NCBI GenBank assembly: GCA_963773065.1
Contig: CAVYZN010000011.1
Coordinates: 96,001 to 160,000 of the forward strand
DNA from: an uncultured Gammaproteobacteria bacterium
GTDB lineage: Bacteria > Pseudomonadota > Gammaproteobacteria > UBA9214
Reading direction: 5' to 3'
DNA length: 64,000 nucleotides
Shown: positions 10,076 to 20,232 of the stretch, piece by piece
Numbering within the stretch: the first letter of the stretch is position 1
Layout of the letters: every line of letters begins with the position of its first letter
Notes under the pieces: model-generated
Told to the model about the DNA's origin: nothing
Seen by the model: the letters and a program-made list of their open reading frames with translations, nothing else
The model's database searches: none
Translations under genes and position numbers: made by a program

Positions 10076-10362
10076 TGCGTTATTACCCCTCGCTCGATTG
10101 AGACTGAAAAACAGCTTGCGTGTGGCAAGCCGTGCATGGTTGTGGGTCCATTCTTCCGGTTGAACGCCGTCCGGTGGGTCCTGCGCGTCGCGTCGGAGCA
10201 TGGCTGAAGGCTGGCGGAGGATGGCATGGAAGGAGGAAACCGCAAAGGAAGGTTCTGAATTTTTGGGCGTATTATACCCATATTGAAGCGCCGCGACGCC
10301 AGCTACGTCGGGTTTGGTCAAATCGGGACGGGTTTCCGGCGCGCCGTGCGGCCTTGCGGGTG

Positions 10363-11129
10363 TCAGGACGGCGAACCGGCAGCGGCGGTGTGGAGTTGCC
10401 GTTTCACGTCGGCCCACAGGTTCTCGTAGCATTGCGCGGCCGGGCTCCTTCCCGCGAAACTCCCGAGCGGCGCGCGCATGATCCCCATGCGTTCCACCTC
10501 ACTGGTATAGGGAATGGCGGTCCCGAGGAGATTGGTCAGATAGTCGGGGGGATTGTCCACGATCGCGCGGTGCAGTTGTTTGCGCCGGTCGGCCATGGCG
10601 AAGAAAGGCAGCACCTTGAGGGATCGAGATCCTGCGCGGCGAGAAATTTCTTGATCTGTCTGAAGGTGCGCAGTGACAGCGGCGTCGGGATGGTCGGCAC
10701 CAGCACGGCATCCGCCGCGTAAAACACATTCTCGGACACCAGTGAAATGCTGGGCGGACAATCGAGGAAGACATAATCGTATTCGCCGGCCAGCGGTTCC
10801 AGCAGTTTGCGCAGCCGGTGGGTAGGTTTCTTCGCCTGTTCCAGGAAGAGGTCCATGTTGCGATAGGAAAAATCCGCCGGCAGGAGGTCGAGGTCCTCAT
10901 AATCGGTCCCCCGGATGCAGTCCTCCAGTTCGCTCTTGCCCGCGACCAGGCGCTTGCCGCCCCCCTTGATTCTGGGCTTGATGCGAAAGTAGAAACTCGC
11001 CGCCCCCTGGGGATCGAGGTCCCAGACCAGCGTCGGCGCGCCCTCGCGCGCGGCGAGGTAGGCCAGGTTGACGGCCGTGGCGGTTTTGCCGACACCGCCC
11101 TTGATGTTGTAGGTGGCCAGTACCTTCAT
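10363..11129 (-). CDS. ParA/Soj/MinD-family ATPase (one frameshift near 10620)
   Basis: Deviant Walker A KGGVGKT, DLDPQG, DCPP. The C-terminus (IPYTSEVERMG..RAPL..FA..SPAAQCY..LW) continues in the 10363..10761 frame. Start overlaps the CHAD stop. Confidence 0.85.
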
Positions 11130-12703
11130 GCCGCGGCATCCGCTTCGGCCGGGGTACATCCGGTAAACAGTCGCCGGTAATGCGCATGATTCCCGGGCGA
11201 GTCGAATTTCCCAAACCGGTCCGCGAATTCCGCGCGCGCCGCCTGCTGGCGGCGCTCCAACTCCTCGATCAGCATGCCCATGGCCAGCAGGGTATCCGGC
11301 GGGGCTTTGCCCTCGGCCGCCATCTGTTGACCGAAGTGTTTGAGGGTCGCGATCTGCACGGCGTAGTCCTGAAAATTGCCCAGGTTCTCCTGCAGCGCCT
11401 TGAGCGCGCCGATCGGCGACCTGATGCGCCGCGCCGGAAAAAGACTCTGGAAGAACTCCATCAGATAACGCAGTTTCTTGCAGGTCTTGCGCAGCTCATG
11501 GAGCGCCACCGCCGGCGTATCCGGCCCGATGGCCCGTCCCTCACTCAGGGTGCGCCGATAGAGGCGCCAGATGCGCTCGCAGGCAAGCGCCGACACGGGC
11601 CGGGTCGCGTTGGGCAGCCTTGAACGGTTCGGTACGGCCCGCAGGAGAAACTGCCGCCAGGTGTTGATCAGCCGGCGGTAGCGCACGCTGTCCAGCGCCT
11701 TCACCAAGGCATGGTGCTCGATGGCGCGTTGTCTGCCGATGAAATCCCGCAGGGGTTCGATATCCGCCTGGGCGGAAGCGGGCAGGCCGGCGCGATAAGT
11801 GTCGAAAGTCAGCAGGTAGACATCCAGGTCCCGCAGCGGGGTGGTTATCTGGCCGAGCCAGGCGAATTCGGTTTTATAACGGTTCACCGTGCGCAGCGGC
11901 AACACCCCCCGGATCTGGGTCAGGGCGGAGCGGGTGCGGCGTACGGCCACGCGGAAATCATGCAGGAACTCGGTATCCGTGCCGCCGCGGGTGCCGGCCT
12001 CGTTGGCTTCCATGATGTCAAGCAGCCGCAGCAGGATGACCCTGGCCGCCTGGTCGGCGCGCATGCCGCGCTCAAGGTGCAGGTCCAGTCTGGGCGTATA
12101 GCCGCCCGGTGTATGTCCGACCCTCGCCAGCGCCGTCAGCAGGGGATCGGCGTTTGCCGGCGCCAGTCCCAGATCTTCCAGCGCCTTCACGAGCTGCTTA
12201 CAGGGTTTTTGATAGCCCTTTACCGGCGCCACGACGGCGCGCCGGTCGAGCGCGTAAGACTTTCTTCCTTCCGGGCGGCGCGCCGAGTTTTCCTCGAAAA
12301 TCACGCGCGCCACGGTCTTCTCGTGCCGGTCCAGAACGCGCAGGGTGTGGACCCTGGAAATGATCATGACCAGCGGCGCCAGCTCGCGCATCTCCACGAG
12401 CGCTTCAAGATGCTCACGTAACCGGCCCGGCGGCAGGTCCCGGGCATAGCGTGGCGCCTTGTTCAGGATGGCCTGACCGCGCCGCTCGCCGCCATCCAGG
12501 TCGCGCCATACCAGCCGGTACCGTCCGCCGTCAGGAATACCCTCCAGCACGGCGTCGCTGGCATGAACCCGCCAGTCGAAGGTATCGAAGCAGGTTCGCT
12601 GCACTACGGCAGGCGGCTCCGGGACGAGTTGCAAGTCTGTCTGCAACGCGGACTGCACTGCCTCGGCATCCAGTTGGCTGGGAATAATGAACTCGAAACG
12701 CAT
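11126..12703 (-). CDS. CHAD domain (polyphosphate-binding) protein with CYTH-like N-terminal region
   Basis: DTEFLHDFRVAVRRTRS, RDLDV, LHELRKTCKKLRYLMEFF, LQENLGNFQD; N-terminal FDTFDWR. Confidence 0.9.
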   Translation of the reverse strand: MRFEFIIPSQLDAEAVQSALQTDLQLVPEPPAVVQRTCFDTFDWRVHASDAVLEGIPDGGRYRLVWRDLDGGERRGQAILNKAPRYARDLPPGRLREHLEALVEMRELAPLVMIISRVHTLRVLDRHEKTVARVIFEENSARRPEGRKSYALDRRAVVAPVKGYQKPCKQLVKALEDLGLAPANADPLLTALARVGHTPGGYTPRLDLHLERGMRADQAARVILLRLLDIMEANEAGTRGGTDTEFLHDFRVAVRRTRSALTQIRGVLPLRTVNRYKTEFAWLGQITTPLRDLDVYLLTFDTYRAGLPASAQADIEPLRDFIGRQRAIEHHALVKALDSVRYRRLINTWRQFLLRAVPNRSRLPNATRPVSALACERIWRLYRRTLSEGRAIGPDTPAVALHELRKTCKKLRYLMEFFQSLFPARRIRSPIGALKALQENLGNFQDYAVQIATLKHFGQQMAAEGKAPPDTLLAMGMLIEELERRQQAARAEFADRFGKFDSPGNHAHYRRLFTGCTPAEADAAA

Positions 12704-12892
12704 TATCGCATTATCGTCGTGTCCGGCCGCTTGGGCGGCGGCTCTGCCTGTTATGTACCTGCATGATGGCTAGCGCCAACGATTCACGAGTAGATGATGG
12801 ATTTGTTAGGTAGTGGGCAATTTTGTCACTATTATTGACGAATACGCAATGTCTGGCCGGGAACGCTGTCCGGCCGGGAAACGGGGGCTGTA

Positions 12893-14227
12893 ATGGACAT
12901 GACAGTATGGATTGAACTGATTCTGTTCGTCGTTCTATTGGTGTTTTCGGGTTTTTTTTCCAGTTCCGAGACCAGCCTGTTTTCGCTCAGCCGCACCCAG
13001 TTGGAACAGATGCGCCGTGATGGAAATCCCCACGTCAACCTGATCGAACGCCTGCTGAGCCAGCCACGGCGTCTGATCGTCACCATCCTGATCGGCAATG
13101 AATTCGTCAACGTGGCCGCCTCGGTGATATCGGCGGCGCTCGTCATCGAGCTGCTGGGAGCGGAGAACAAGCTGGTCAATCTTTTTATCATGGTGCCCAT
13201 ACTGCTGCTGGCGGGCGAGATCACGCCCAAGACGCTGGCCATCCGCAACAACGTCACGTTCGCCAGTTTTCTTTCACGGCCGATTGAATTGTTCGCCAAC
13301 CTGATCACACCGGTACGCCAGTCCGTGCGTTTCGTGGCGGACTGGGTGACCACGCTGATCGTCGGCAGGGAGCGTTCGCGCGCCAACATCGTCACCGAAG
13401 ACATGGTGCGCACCCTGGCGAAGGAGGCGGTTGGCGAGGGCGTACTCGACCCTCTGGAGGCGCAATACATCAATCATATCTTCGATTTTGGCAACAAGAG
13501 CGTCGCGCAGGTGATGACGCCGCGTTCCAATATCTTCTTTCTGCCCGCGGACATGACGCTTCCCGAGATGGTACGGCAGTTGCATCGCACGCGCCGCACC
13601 AAGATCCCCGTCTACAGCGGAAACCGGGACAATATCCTCGGGATACTCTACGCCCGGGATCTGCTCGGCCTGGACACGGCGGCAATTGCGGCGACTCCGG
13701 GCGGATTGCAGCGCGTGTTGCGCGCGCCCTATTACGTGCCGGAGTCCAAACTTGCCGCGGATTTGTTCCATCTGTTCCGCAAGCGCAGACTGTCGCTCGC
13801 GCTGACGGTGGATGAATACGGCGGGGTGACGGGTCTGGTCACCATGGAAGATCTGCTGGAATGCATCTTCGGTGACCTGCCCAGCGCCTCGGATGTGGCC
13901 GCCGGGATGGAATACCGGAAGTCTACGGACGGCAGCACCCGCATCGCCGGCAGCATGCGGGTGGAGCAGTTCAACCGCGAATTCGATGCCAATCTTTCCC
14001 AAGACGGGGCGGAAACCGTTGGCGAGCTGGTGCTGGAGCGATTGGGTGAATTGCCATCCGTCGGGGCCATGCTGGTCATGGAAGGTTTGAAGTTCAGTGT
14101 CGCAACCGTCAGGGACAACCGCATCCGGGAACTTTCCGTAAGCGCCATATCCGGCGCGGTGGAACCACGTTCCGGTCTTGAAAAACCCGGACCGGCTTCA
14201 TCCGTCGGGGGAAAAGACCGGGAATAA
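12893..14227 (+). CDS. CNNM/HlyC-CorC family transporter (DUF21 + CBS pair + CorC_HlyC)
   Basis: SGFFSSSETSLFSL, TILIGNEFVN, GEITPKT, VMTPR, VDEYGGVTGLVTMEDLLE. Confidence 0.92.
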   Translation: MDMTVWIELILFVVLLVFSGFFSSSETSLFSLSRTQLEQMRRDGNPHVNLIERLLSQPRRLIVTILIGNEFVNVAASVISAALVIELLGAENKLVNLFIMVPILLLAGEITPKTLAIRNNVTFASFLSRPIELFANLITPVRQSVRFVADWVTTLIVGRERSRANIVTEDMVRTLAKEAVGEGVLDPLEAQYINHIFDFGNKSVAQVMTPRSNIFFLPADMTLPEMVRQLHRTRRTKIPVYSGNRDNILGILYARDLLGLDTAAIAATPGGLQRVLRAPYYVPESKLAADLFHLFRKRRLSLALTVDEYGGVTGLVTMEDLLECIFGDLPSASDVAAGMEYRKSTDGSTRIAGSMRVEQFNREFDANLSQDGAETVGELVLERLGELPSVGAMLVMEGLKFSVATVRDNRIRELSVSAISGAVEPRSGLEKPGPASSVGGKDRE

Positions 14228-14230
14228 CTG

Positions 14231-15514
14231 ATGGGCGATATCCTAGTCACACTGGGGGTGATGATCGTCTGCCTGCTCCTGGAGGGTTTCTTCTCCGGTT
14301 CGGAGATCGGGGTCGTAAGCGCCGACCGCGTCAAGCTCCGGCATGATGCCGCCAAGGGTTCACGCGGCGCAAGACTCGCCCTGGCCATGCTCGACAGGCC
14401 CGAATGGCTGCTCTCGACGACCCTGGTGGGCACCAATATTTCGGTGGTGACCAATACCACTATGGTGACGGCGCTCATGATCGAACTGTTCGGGGAGACC
14501 GGCAGTTGGCTTGCCGTCGTGCTGGTGGTCCCGCTGATCTGGGTGTTCGGCGAGATCGTACCCAAAAGCGTCTTCCAGCAGCGCGCCGATCTTTACACGC
14601 CGCGCGTTATTTTTCTGCTGAAGTTCTTTTCCTGGCTGTTCTACCCGCTGCTCGCCGTATTCAGCGTCCTGACGCGATTCATTGCCAGGGTGATAGGCAA
14701 AAGCCCTGAAAACTATCCCTCCACACTGCGTGAGGAGATCGCCACGCTGCTGCAGATGTCCACGAGCGGCGGTGATATCAACCAGCATGAGAAGATCATG
14801 ATCCGCAGGCTGTTCGATTTCGAGGAAACGCCGGTACGTGATGTCATGATGCCATTGATCGATGTGATCGGGATCGAGCAGGGCGCCACCTGCTTTGAGG
14901 CGATGCGCCTGGCCAGGGAAAAAGCCCACAAGCGGCTGCCGGTCTACGAGCAGCGCGTCGACCGGATCGTGGGGGTAATCAACGCCCTGGAATTGCTGGA
15001 TGTCGATCCCGAGGCGCCTATCACTGCGTTCATCCGGCAAGCGGATTACATCCCGGCCTCCAAGAGCATCCAGGCGCTCTTGCAGGACATGCAGCGCGAC
15101 CATCATCAGATTGCGGTTGTCGTCGATGAATTCGGTGGCGCCGAAGGCATCGTAACGCTGGAAGATATCATCGAGGAGATTGTCGAGGATATCGCGGATG
15201 AGTTTGATGCGAAGGAGACCCCGACTCAATGGATGCGCCGGCTCGGCGAGCGTGACTATCTGGTCAGCGCCCGCATCGATCCGGGTTCCCTCACCGGTGA
15301 ACTGGGCATCGAGTTACCGCAAGGACAGTATGCGAGCCTGGCCGGATTTCTGCTCGAACGGGTGCACGATGTACCCAGGGTGGGCACCACCATACAGTAC
15401 AAGAAAGTGTCATTCACCATCCAGCGTGGTTCGACGCGCGTCATCGAGGAGGTCCGCGTCCGCTGCGTAATGATGGCAGCTCGCGAGCGCGACTATCTGG
15501 TCAGCGCCGCTTGA
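14231..15514 (+). CDS. Second CNNM/HlyC-CorC family transporter (3' end affected by a tandem duplication)
   Basis: EGFFSGSEIG, TTLVGTN, GEIVPKS, VVDEFGGAEGIVTLEDIIEE. The likely native end VRVRW* lies in the second repeat copy at about 15703. Confidence 0.9.
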   Translation: MGDILVTLGVMIVCLLLEGFFSGSEIGVVSADRVKLRHDAAKGSRGARLALAMLDRPEWLLSTTLVGTNISVVTNTTMVTALMIELFGETGSWLAVVLVVPLIWVFGEIVPKSVFQQRADLYTPRVIFLLKFFSWLFYPLLAVFSVLTRFIARVIGKSPENYPSTLREEIATLLQMSTSGGDINQHEKIMIRRLFDFEETPVRDVMMPLIDVIGIEQGATCFEAMRLAREKAHKRLPVYEQRVDRIVGVINALELLDVDPEAPITAFIRQADYIPASKSIQALLQDMQRDHHQIAVVVDEFGGAEGIVTLEDIIEEIVEDIADEFDAKETPTQWMRRLGERDYLVSARIDPGSLTGELGIELPQGQYASLAGFLLERVHDVPRVGTTIQYKKVSFTIQRGSTRVIEEVRVRCVMMAARERDYLVSAA

Positions 15515-15703
15515 TCCGGGTTCCCTTGCCGGTGAACTGGGCATCGAGTTGCCGCAAGGCCAGTATGCGAGCCTGGCCGGGTTTCTGCTTGAAAGGGTGC
15601 ACGATGTACCCAGGGTGGGGACCACCATACAGTACAAGAAAGTGTCATTCACCATCCAGCGTGGTTCGGCGCGCGTCATCGAGGAGGTCCGCGTCCGCTG
15701 GTA
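15245..15703 (+). repeat. Imperfect tandem duplication (about 220 bp x2) of the CNNM gene 3' end
   Basis: gagcgtgactatctggtcagcgc...gaggtccgcgtccgctg occurs at about 15248-15466 and again at about 15485-15700, with mostly synonymous differences. Confidence 0.9.
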
Positions 15704-16032
15704 GGAAAAGGGCTTTGACACCTTTTCTAGTGCCTGCGCAACTGAACTGGAGCTTGCCGGCACAAGCTCCGCCGCGCATTACCGCACCGCATCGCCGTGG
15801 GGTCGCCAAAAATCGCAAGAATAGGAAGAAATTCGGGAATGCCTGCTTACAATATAAGCAGTTATATCCGCCGATATGCGTGGCGAAAGTCAGGCTAGCG
15901 GTGCGGATAGAGAGAGCAGATGAGAAACGAATTGGTGATGTTGGATTAGGGAGCCCCACTTGGGTGGGGCTCCTCCGCTAACTTCTACATCCTATGATTT
16001 ATGGACCATAGTCGAGCGTCGCAGGATTTGTC

Positions 16033-17045
16033 TCACCGAAGGTCAAGAACCAGGGGAGTTCCAGCTCGCCCTGCAAGCACGAAGGAATCGTACGTCTTGG
16101 TTGTCACGTCGTAGAGGCGCACCTCACCCGTGTTGGTGATCGGGACGAAGAGTTTCCCATTCGGGCCGAAGAGGAGCGCCTGCGCGTAGGTCCGCGCGCC
16201 GCCGACGGTATCCAGATCAATCTGATCGACAAGGGTTGGTCCGCTATAGATGAGGATCTTGTCGTTGTCGCTGGCGTTCGCGCGGAAGCTCGTGACGTAG
16301 AGTCTGCCATCGGGGCCGAAGACCAGTCCCGACGGCCGGTTGAGGAATCCGGGCCCTCCTTCGCTGGAAATAAGTGCATCCACAAATGTCCCATCGGTAC
16401 GGAACCGCAGGACATCCCCTCCAAGCCCGGACCCGTTCGGGGGAGGAGGGTTCCGAACGTTGGATACATAGAGCAATCCGTCAGGTCCGAGCACGACGCC
16501 GCGAGGGTGAAAGGCGGCCGTAAACGATATGTCGGGGACGGAAGCGCCGAGGAAGACACCGGCACTATTGTATCGGCGAAAAATGGCTGGAGGGACGGGA
16601 TTACAGCCTTAATGGCATACGCATTGCAGATCGGCAACGAACAGGATGTTACTCGCGAGGATGATTCCCTGTGGGGCCCACGGTGCATTGGGACCACTGC
16701 TTCTGACCAGCTGGTTCAGCAGCTTGCCGGCGCTGCTATATTGCAAAATTTCACCGCGGGTTCCCGTATTGCCGTTCTGGTTGGCCAGCAGCAGGTTTCC
16801 CGCCGGATCGAAAACGATGCCGTTTGGAAAATGCACCCCCCCTGCGATTTCACAAATTTCCCCTGGAAGTCCCCTGTGCCGGCGTCAAACTGTTTCACTG
16901 TGTTGTCGTAGTAGTCTCCGATGTATAAGGAATCTGCATTGGCTGTGTAGCCCGCGCCGAACCACATCGTCAACGCCACGAGCGTCATGCCGATTGCCGT
17001 CCCAATGTTTCGCAAACACTTGCTTGTTGTGTGAATCGTCTTCAT
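16033..17045 (-). CDS. Secreted NHL-like beta-propeller repeat protein (split by frameshifts)
   Basis: Signal peptide, then repeats spread over three frames: SLYIGD, PNGIVFDPAGNLLLAN, PQGII, LGPDGLLYVSN, PSGLVFGPDGRLYVTS, LLFGPNGKLFV. Confidence 0.65.
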
Positions 17046-17402
17046 GATTGTTGTTCCTTTCTTGATTAAGGTTATTTTACTGATGCAATCAATAACGTTG
17101 TTAACTGCGTCACCTGGTGTTGACGTTGCGAATTGGACTGACTGGTATTCCCGGCTCGTGCCCGGTGATAACCGTAAAGTTCCATCTCGCTACGAAACGT
17201 AAAGATATGTAGTTGCGGCCTATCTGTCTATACGTGTAATCACGTAGGAAGGCCTCCTTTTTGATTGGCAGGAAGGTTCGGCCAACTAAAGGCGCGGAAA
17301 AGGAAGATGCGGAAAAAGGGTCAACGCCCTTGTCATCTTGCGCGGCGTGAGCGGCGCCGGTTGGATTTTTAACCGCCCTTCAACGCAACCTTTCAACTAC
17401 GA

Positions 17403-17419
17403 GGTTGCACATTGCAACC
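17403..17419. promoter_or_regulatory. Putative TA autoregulatory operator
   Basis: Perfect inverted repeat ggttgca-cat-tgcaacc about 40 bp upstream of the RHH antitoxin. Confidence 0.5.
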
Positions 17420-17461
17420 ATGCTCGGCTAGACTGGTCAAAGTCACATCGAGGCAATCACC

Positions 17462-17710
17462 ATGGCCACCCTTCACGTACGCAACGTCCCTGAAAAGCTC
17501 TACAAGCGCATCCAGAAACTCGCGGAAGAGGAAAACCGTTCGGTGACGGCTGAGGTCATACAGCTTTTGAGTCAGGGGCTGCAGGCGCGCGAGGCCCGCC
17601 GCAACGCCGCCGCCACCGTTGACCGCATCCGGGATCGGACGCAGAAAGTCGCGCTTCCCCGCGGATGGACGGATTCGGTCGATCTGATCCGCGAGGACCG
17701 CCGCCGGTGA
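17462..17710 (+). CDS. Ribbon-helix-helix antitoxin (FitA/Arc-like)
   Basis: MATLHVRNVPEKLYKRI...NRSVTAEVIQLL; C-terminal IREDRRR; overlaps the PIN gene start (GTGA). Confidence 0.85.
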   Translation: MATLHVRNVPEKLYKRIQKLAEEENRSVTAEVIQLLSQGLQAREARRNAAATVDRIRDRTQKVALPRGWTDSVDLIREDRRR

Positions 17711-18162
17711 ATCCGGCTCCGCTGCGGGCGGTGGTGGATGCCAGCGTCGCGGTGAAGATTTTCGTTCCCGAGGCATTGTCCGCCCAAGCGCAGACCGTCT
17801 TTATGCGGTTCGCTTCGGAAAACGGCGCCGAGCTGATCGTCCCCGATCTCTTCTTCATCGAGTGCGCGAATGTATTCTGGAAGTGGGTGCAGCGATCGGG
17901 CTATGCCGGCAAGGACGCCCGGGAACATTTGCGCGATCTGGCCATGCTTGGCCTGACGGCAATCCCGACCCAGGTTCTGGCGGATGAGGCATTGGGAATC
18001 GCTTTGACGCATAAAATTACGGCCTACGATGCGTGCTACCTCGCCGCGGCGACCCAAGTCAAGCTGCCTTTGATTACGGCGGACGAGAAGCTGGCAACAA
18101 AGCTCGCGACTGGTTCCTGTGAAGTGCGGTGGTTGGGCGACATCGAGGCCGTGTCGAAATAG
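17707..18162 (+). CDS. vapC: PIN-domain toxin, VapC family
   Basis: VVDASVAVK, E(CAN), ITAYDACYLA, LITADEKL acidic PIN residues. Confidence 0.88.
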   Translation: MNPAPLRAVVDASVAVKIFVPEALSAQAQTVFMRFASENGAELIVPDLFFIECANVFWKWVQRSGYAGKDAREHLRDLAMLGLTAIPTQVLADEALGIALTHKITAYDACYLAAATQVKLPLITADEKLATKLATGSCEVRWLGDIEAVSK

Positions 18163-18177
18163 CATCCAGGAGATCCC

Positions 18178-18538
18178 GTGGATCCCGTTTTCGTGGTGGC
18201 CGTGATAACCGTCGCGGCGATTATCATCTTCGATTACACCAACGGCTTTAACGATGCCTCCAGTATCGTGGCCACGGTGATCGCCTCGCGGGCCATGACG
18301 CCGGTTCAGGCCGTGATGCTCACGGCGCTGTTCGAATTCCTGGGGCCGCTGTTCGGCGGTACGGCGGTGGCCAATACCATCGGTAACTTCGTCGCCATCG
18401 GCGATCTGCCGGAATTGCCCGCGCTGATCATCATCCTGTGCGGCATCGCGGGCGCCATCGCCTGGAATATCCTCACCTGGTGGTTCGGTATCCCTTCCTC
18501 GTCATCCCATGCGCTCGTGGGCGGACTGGTCGGCGTGG
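18178..18538 (+). pseudogene. Truncated 5' copy of the Pit transporter gene
   Basis: Near-identical to 21224-21584 up to ggactggtcggcgtgg, then switches to unrelated sequence. Confidence 0.85.
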
Positions 18539-18965
18539 CCAGAACGTGTTGGCCAGCGGCTACTTCAAGACCTATGCACGCAGCGTGGGCTTCCCGAAGA
18601 CTCTCCTACACCCATCCATTGCTGATGAAGTTTGGCTTGACATTGTTCGCAGAGATATCGAAACAGCAGTTTTTAAGGCATTCAGGGCTGTCGAGATTGC
18701 TGTGCGTGAAGTTGGCAAATACTCTGACACCGATATAGGTACGCCGCTAATGCGCAAGGCTTTCGACAAGACCACTGGCCCACTTTCAGATCAGAAACAG
18801 CCTGAAGCAGAACGCGAGGCATTGGCGCACTTATTTGCTGGCGCAATCGGTTCCTACAAGAATCCTCACTCTCACCGTACCGTTACTATCAGTGATCCGA
18901 CGGAAGCCCAAGAGATGGTGATCTTGGCTAGTCATCTGCTTCGCATCGTTGATAGCAGACGATAA
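18539..18965 (+). pseudogene. TIGR02391-family protein, 5'-truncated cassette gene
   Basis: AVFKAFRAVEIAVR...GTPLMRKAF..GPL...EREALAHLFAGAIGSYKNPHSHR. Lower GC than flanks; followed by an attC-like site. Confidence 0.7.
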
Positions 18966-18993
18966 ACAGATCCCAAGCTGATTGCTATGCGAC

Positions 18994-19058
18994 GCCGTAC
19001 CCATCATTCCACCGGTCCTGCGCAAAAAGCCGCGCAGGCCGGTGAATTCAAACGTTAT
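18994..19058 (+). mobile_element. attC-like integron recombination site (left end degenerate; right core interrupted by intron)
   Basis: gccgtac-ccatcattccaccgg-tcctgcgc-aaaaagcc-gcgcaggccggtgaattcaaac-GTTAT imperfect palindrome directly after a stop codon. Confidence 0.7.
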
Positions 19059-19821
19059 CGCGCCGGGATAAGCTCGGCGTATCTTGCGGGGTGGGAGTCC
19101 CCGTCGGGAAAGGGCTAGAACCTCCCCGTATCGAGTGTTGGCTTCATTGAGGAGTGGGGTAACCCGCGAACGATAGATGAGGTAAGCGTACACAGAGAAT
19201 CCTGTAGGCCGTAGGGGCGACCGTGCGCCCTGAAGTGCTGGTACAGCTTCGAAATGAGCTTGTTGCGGATGCGAGGGTTTTAACGTACACCGAAGGCGAT
19301 ACAGAAGCACCCGTTATGGCGAGGGTGTGGAGGTCCGCCGGAGTCCACAGGCCGTGGCATGCAGGAAGAGATACGTCAGAGAACCCGGGAAGCCCCAGGA
19401 GTTCCTGGTCGGGGTTGGGTTTTGAAGCCGTCAGAGCGAGAGACACGTAAGGGAGGAGATCCTGGAAACCGGACTGGGCTCGGGTGGAGAGATCTAACAG
19501 GGAGCGGGTCAGGCAGGCTGTCATGGAAGCTGGCCGCATACGAATGGGGTGTCTTATCAGGCATAGTACTCGGCGCATGGGAAAGCCATGCACATGGGGA
19601 AGGACCTGATGGAAGTACGCAGCTCGCAAAGGAAACTCGTGCCGGACAGCGTCGGATCGGGAAAACTTGAGCCAACCTTCACTGCGAGCAATAGCCTACA
19701 GGTTAAGAAACTGGTAACAGTGTTGATCTGCGCGGATGCGAGTACAACCGAGGAACCGGATGCGGGAAAACTGCACGTCCGGGTCTGTGCGGGGGGCGCC
19801 GGGTAACCGGCGCCCTACCGT
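19058..19821 (+). ncRNA. ORF-less group II intron (about 760 nt)
   Basis: Domain V gaaccggatgcgggaaaactgcacgtccgggtc (19753-19785) followed by domain VI ggggggcgccgggtaaccggcgccctacc. 5' end (t)cgcgccgggataagctcggcg. No RT ORF, only an SLRAIA-like relic at 19679-19696. Exact ends uncertain by 1-2 nt. Confidence 0.8.
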
Positions 19822-19840
19822 GCGAGCTAAAATAATCAGC

Positions 19841-19869
19841 TTGCATCATGTAATCCAATGGATTACATT
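19841..19869 (+). promoter_or_regulatory. higBA promoter with overlapping palindromic operator
   Basis: ttgcat-N17-tacatt overlapped by the perfect IR atgtaatcca-a-tggattacat (19848-19868). Confidence 0.6.
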
Positions 19870-19875
19870 TAATGC

Positions 19876-20232
19876 ATGCTGACCACTATCAGCGAAATGC
19901 CTGAGTATATTCACCGCGCCGACGAACTCCTCAGCGAATCAGAACGTAAATCGGTCATTGACTACCTTGCTGCACATCCGCGAGCTGGCGACCTCATGGA
20001 GGGTACTGGCGGAATTCGGAAATTGCGCTGGGGACGTGGAAACAAAGGTAAAAGTGGTGGCGTTCGCGTCATCTTTTACTACCACGATGAACGTATTCCT
20101 TTATATCTACTGACAGTTTTTGGAAAGAACGAACGCGCTAACTTGTCAAAAGCGGAGCGAAACGAGTTGGCCAAATTGGTAAATGTGCTGGTACATACCG
20201 CACTGGAGAAATCTTATGGCAAAAGCATATGA
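19876..20232 (+). CDS. higB: RelE/HigB-family toxin
   Basis: P.AGDLMEGTGGIRKLRW...GKSGGVRVIFYY; toxin-first gene order. Confidence 0.88.
   Translation: MLTTISEMPEYIHRADELLSESERKSVIDYLAAHPRAGDLMEGTGGIRKLRWGRGNKGKSGGVRVIFYYHDERIPLYLLTVFGKNERANLSKAERNELAKLVNVLVHTALEKSYGKSI

Noticed and set aside
10080-10300. Pho box upstream of pstS or ppk1
   Set aside because: No convincing CTGTCAT 11-bp direct repeats found by eye.
19144-19806. Short ORFs inside 19.1-19.8 kb
   Set aside because: They lie within the structured group II intron RNA; no RT (YADD) motifs.
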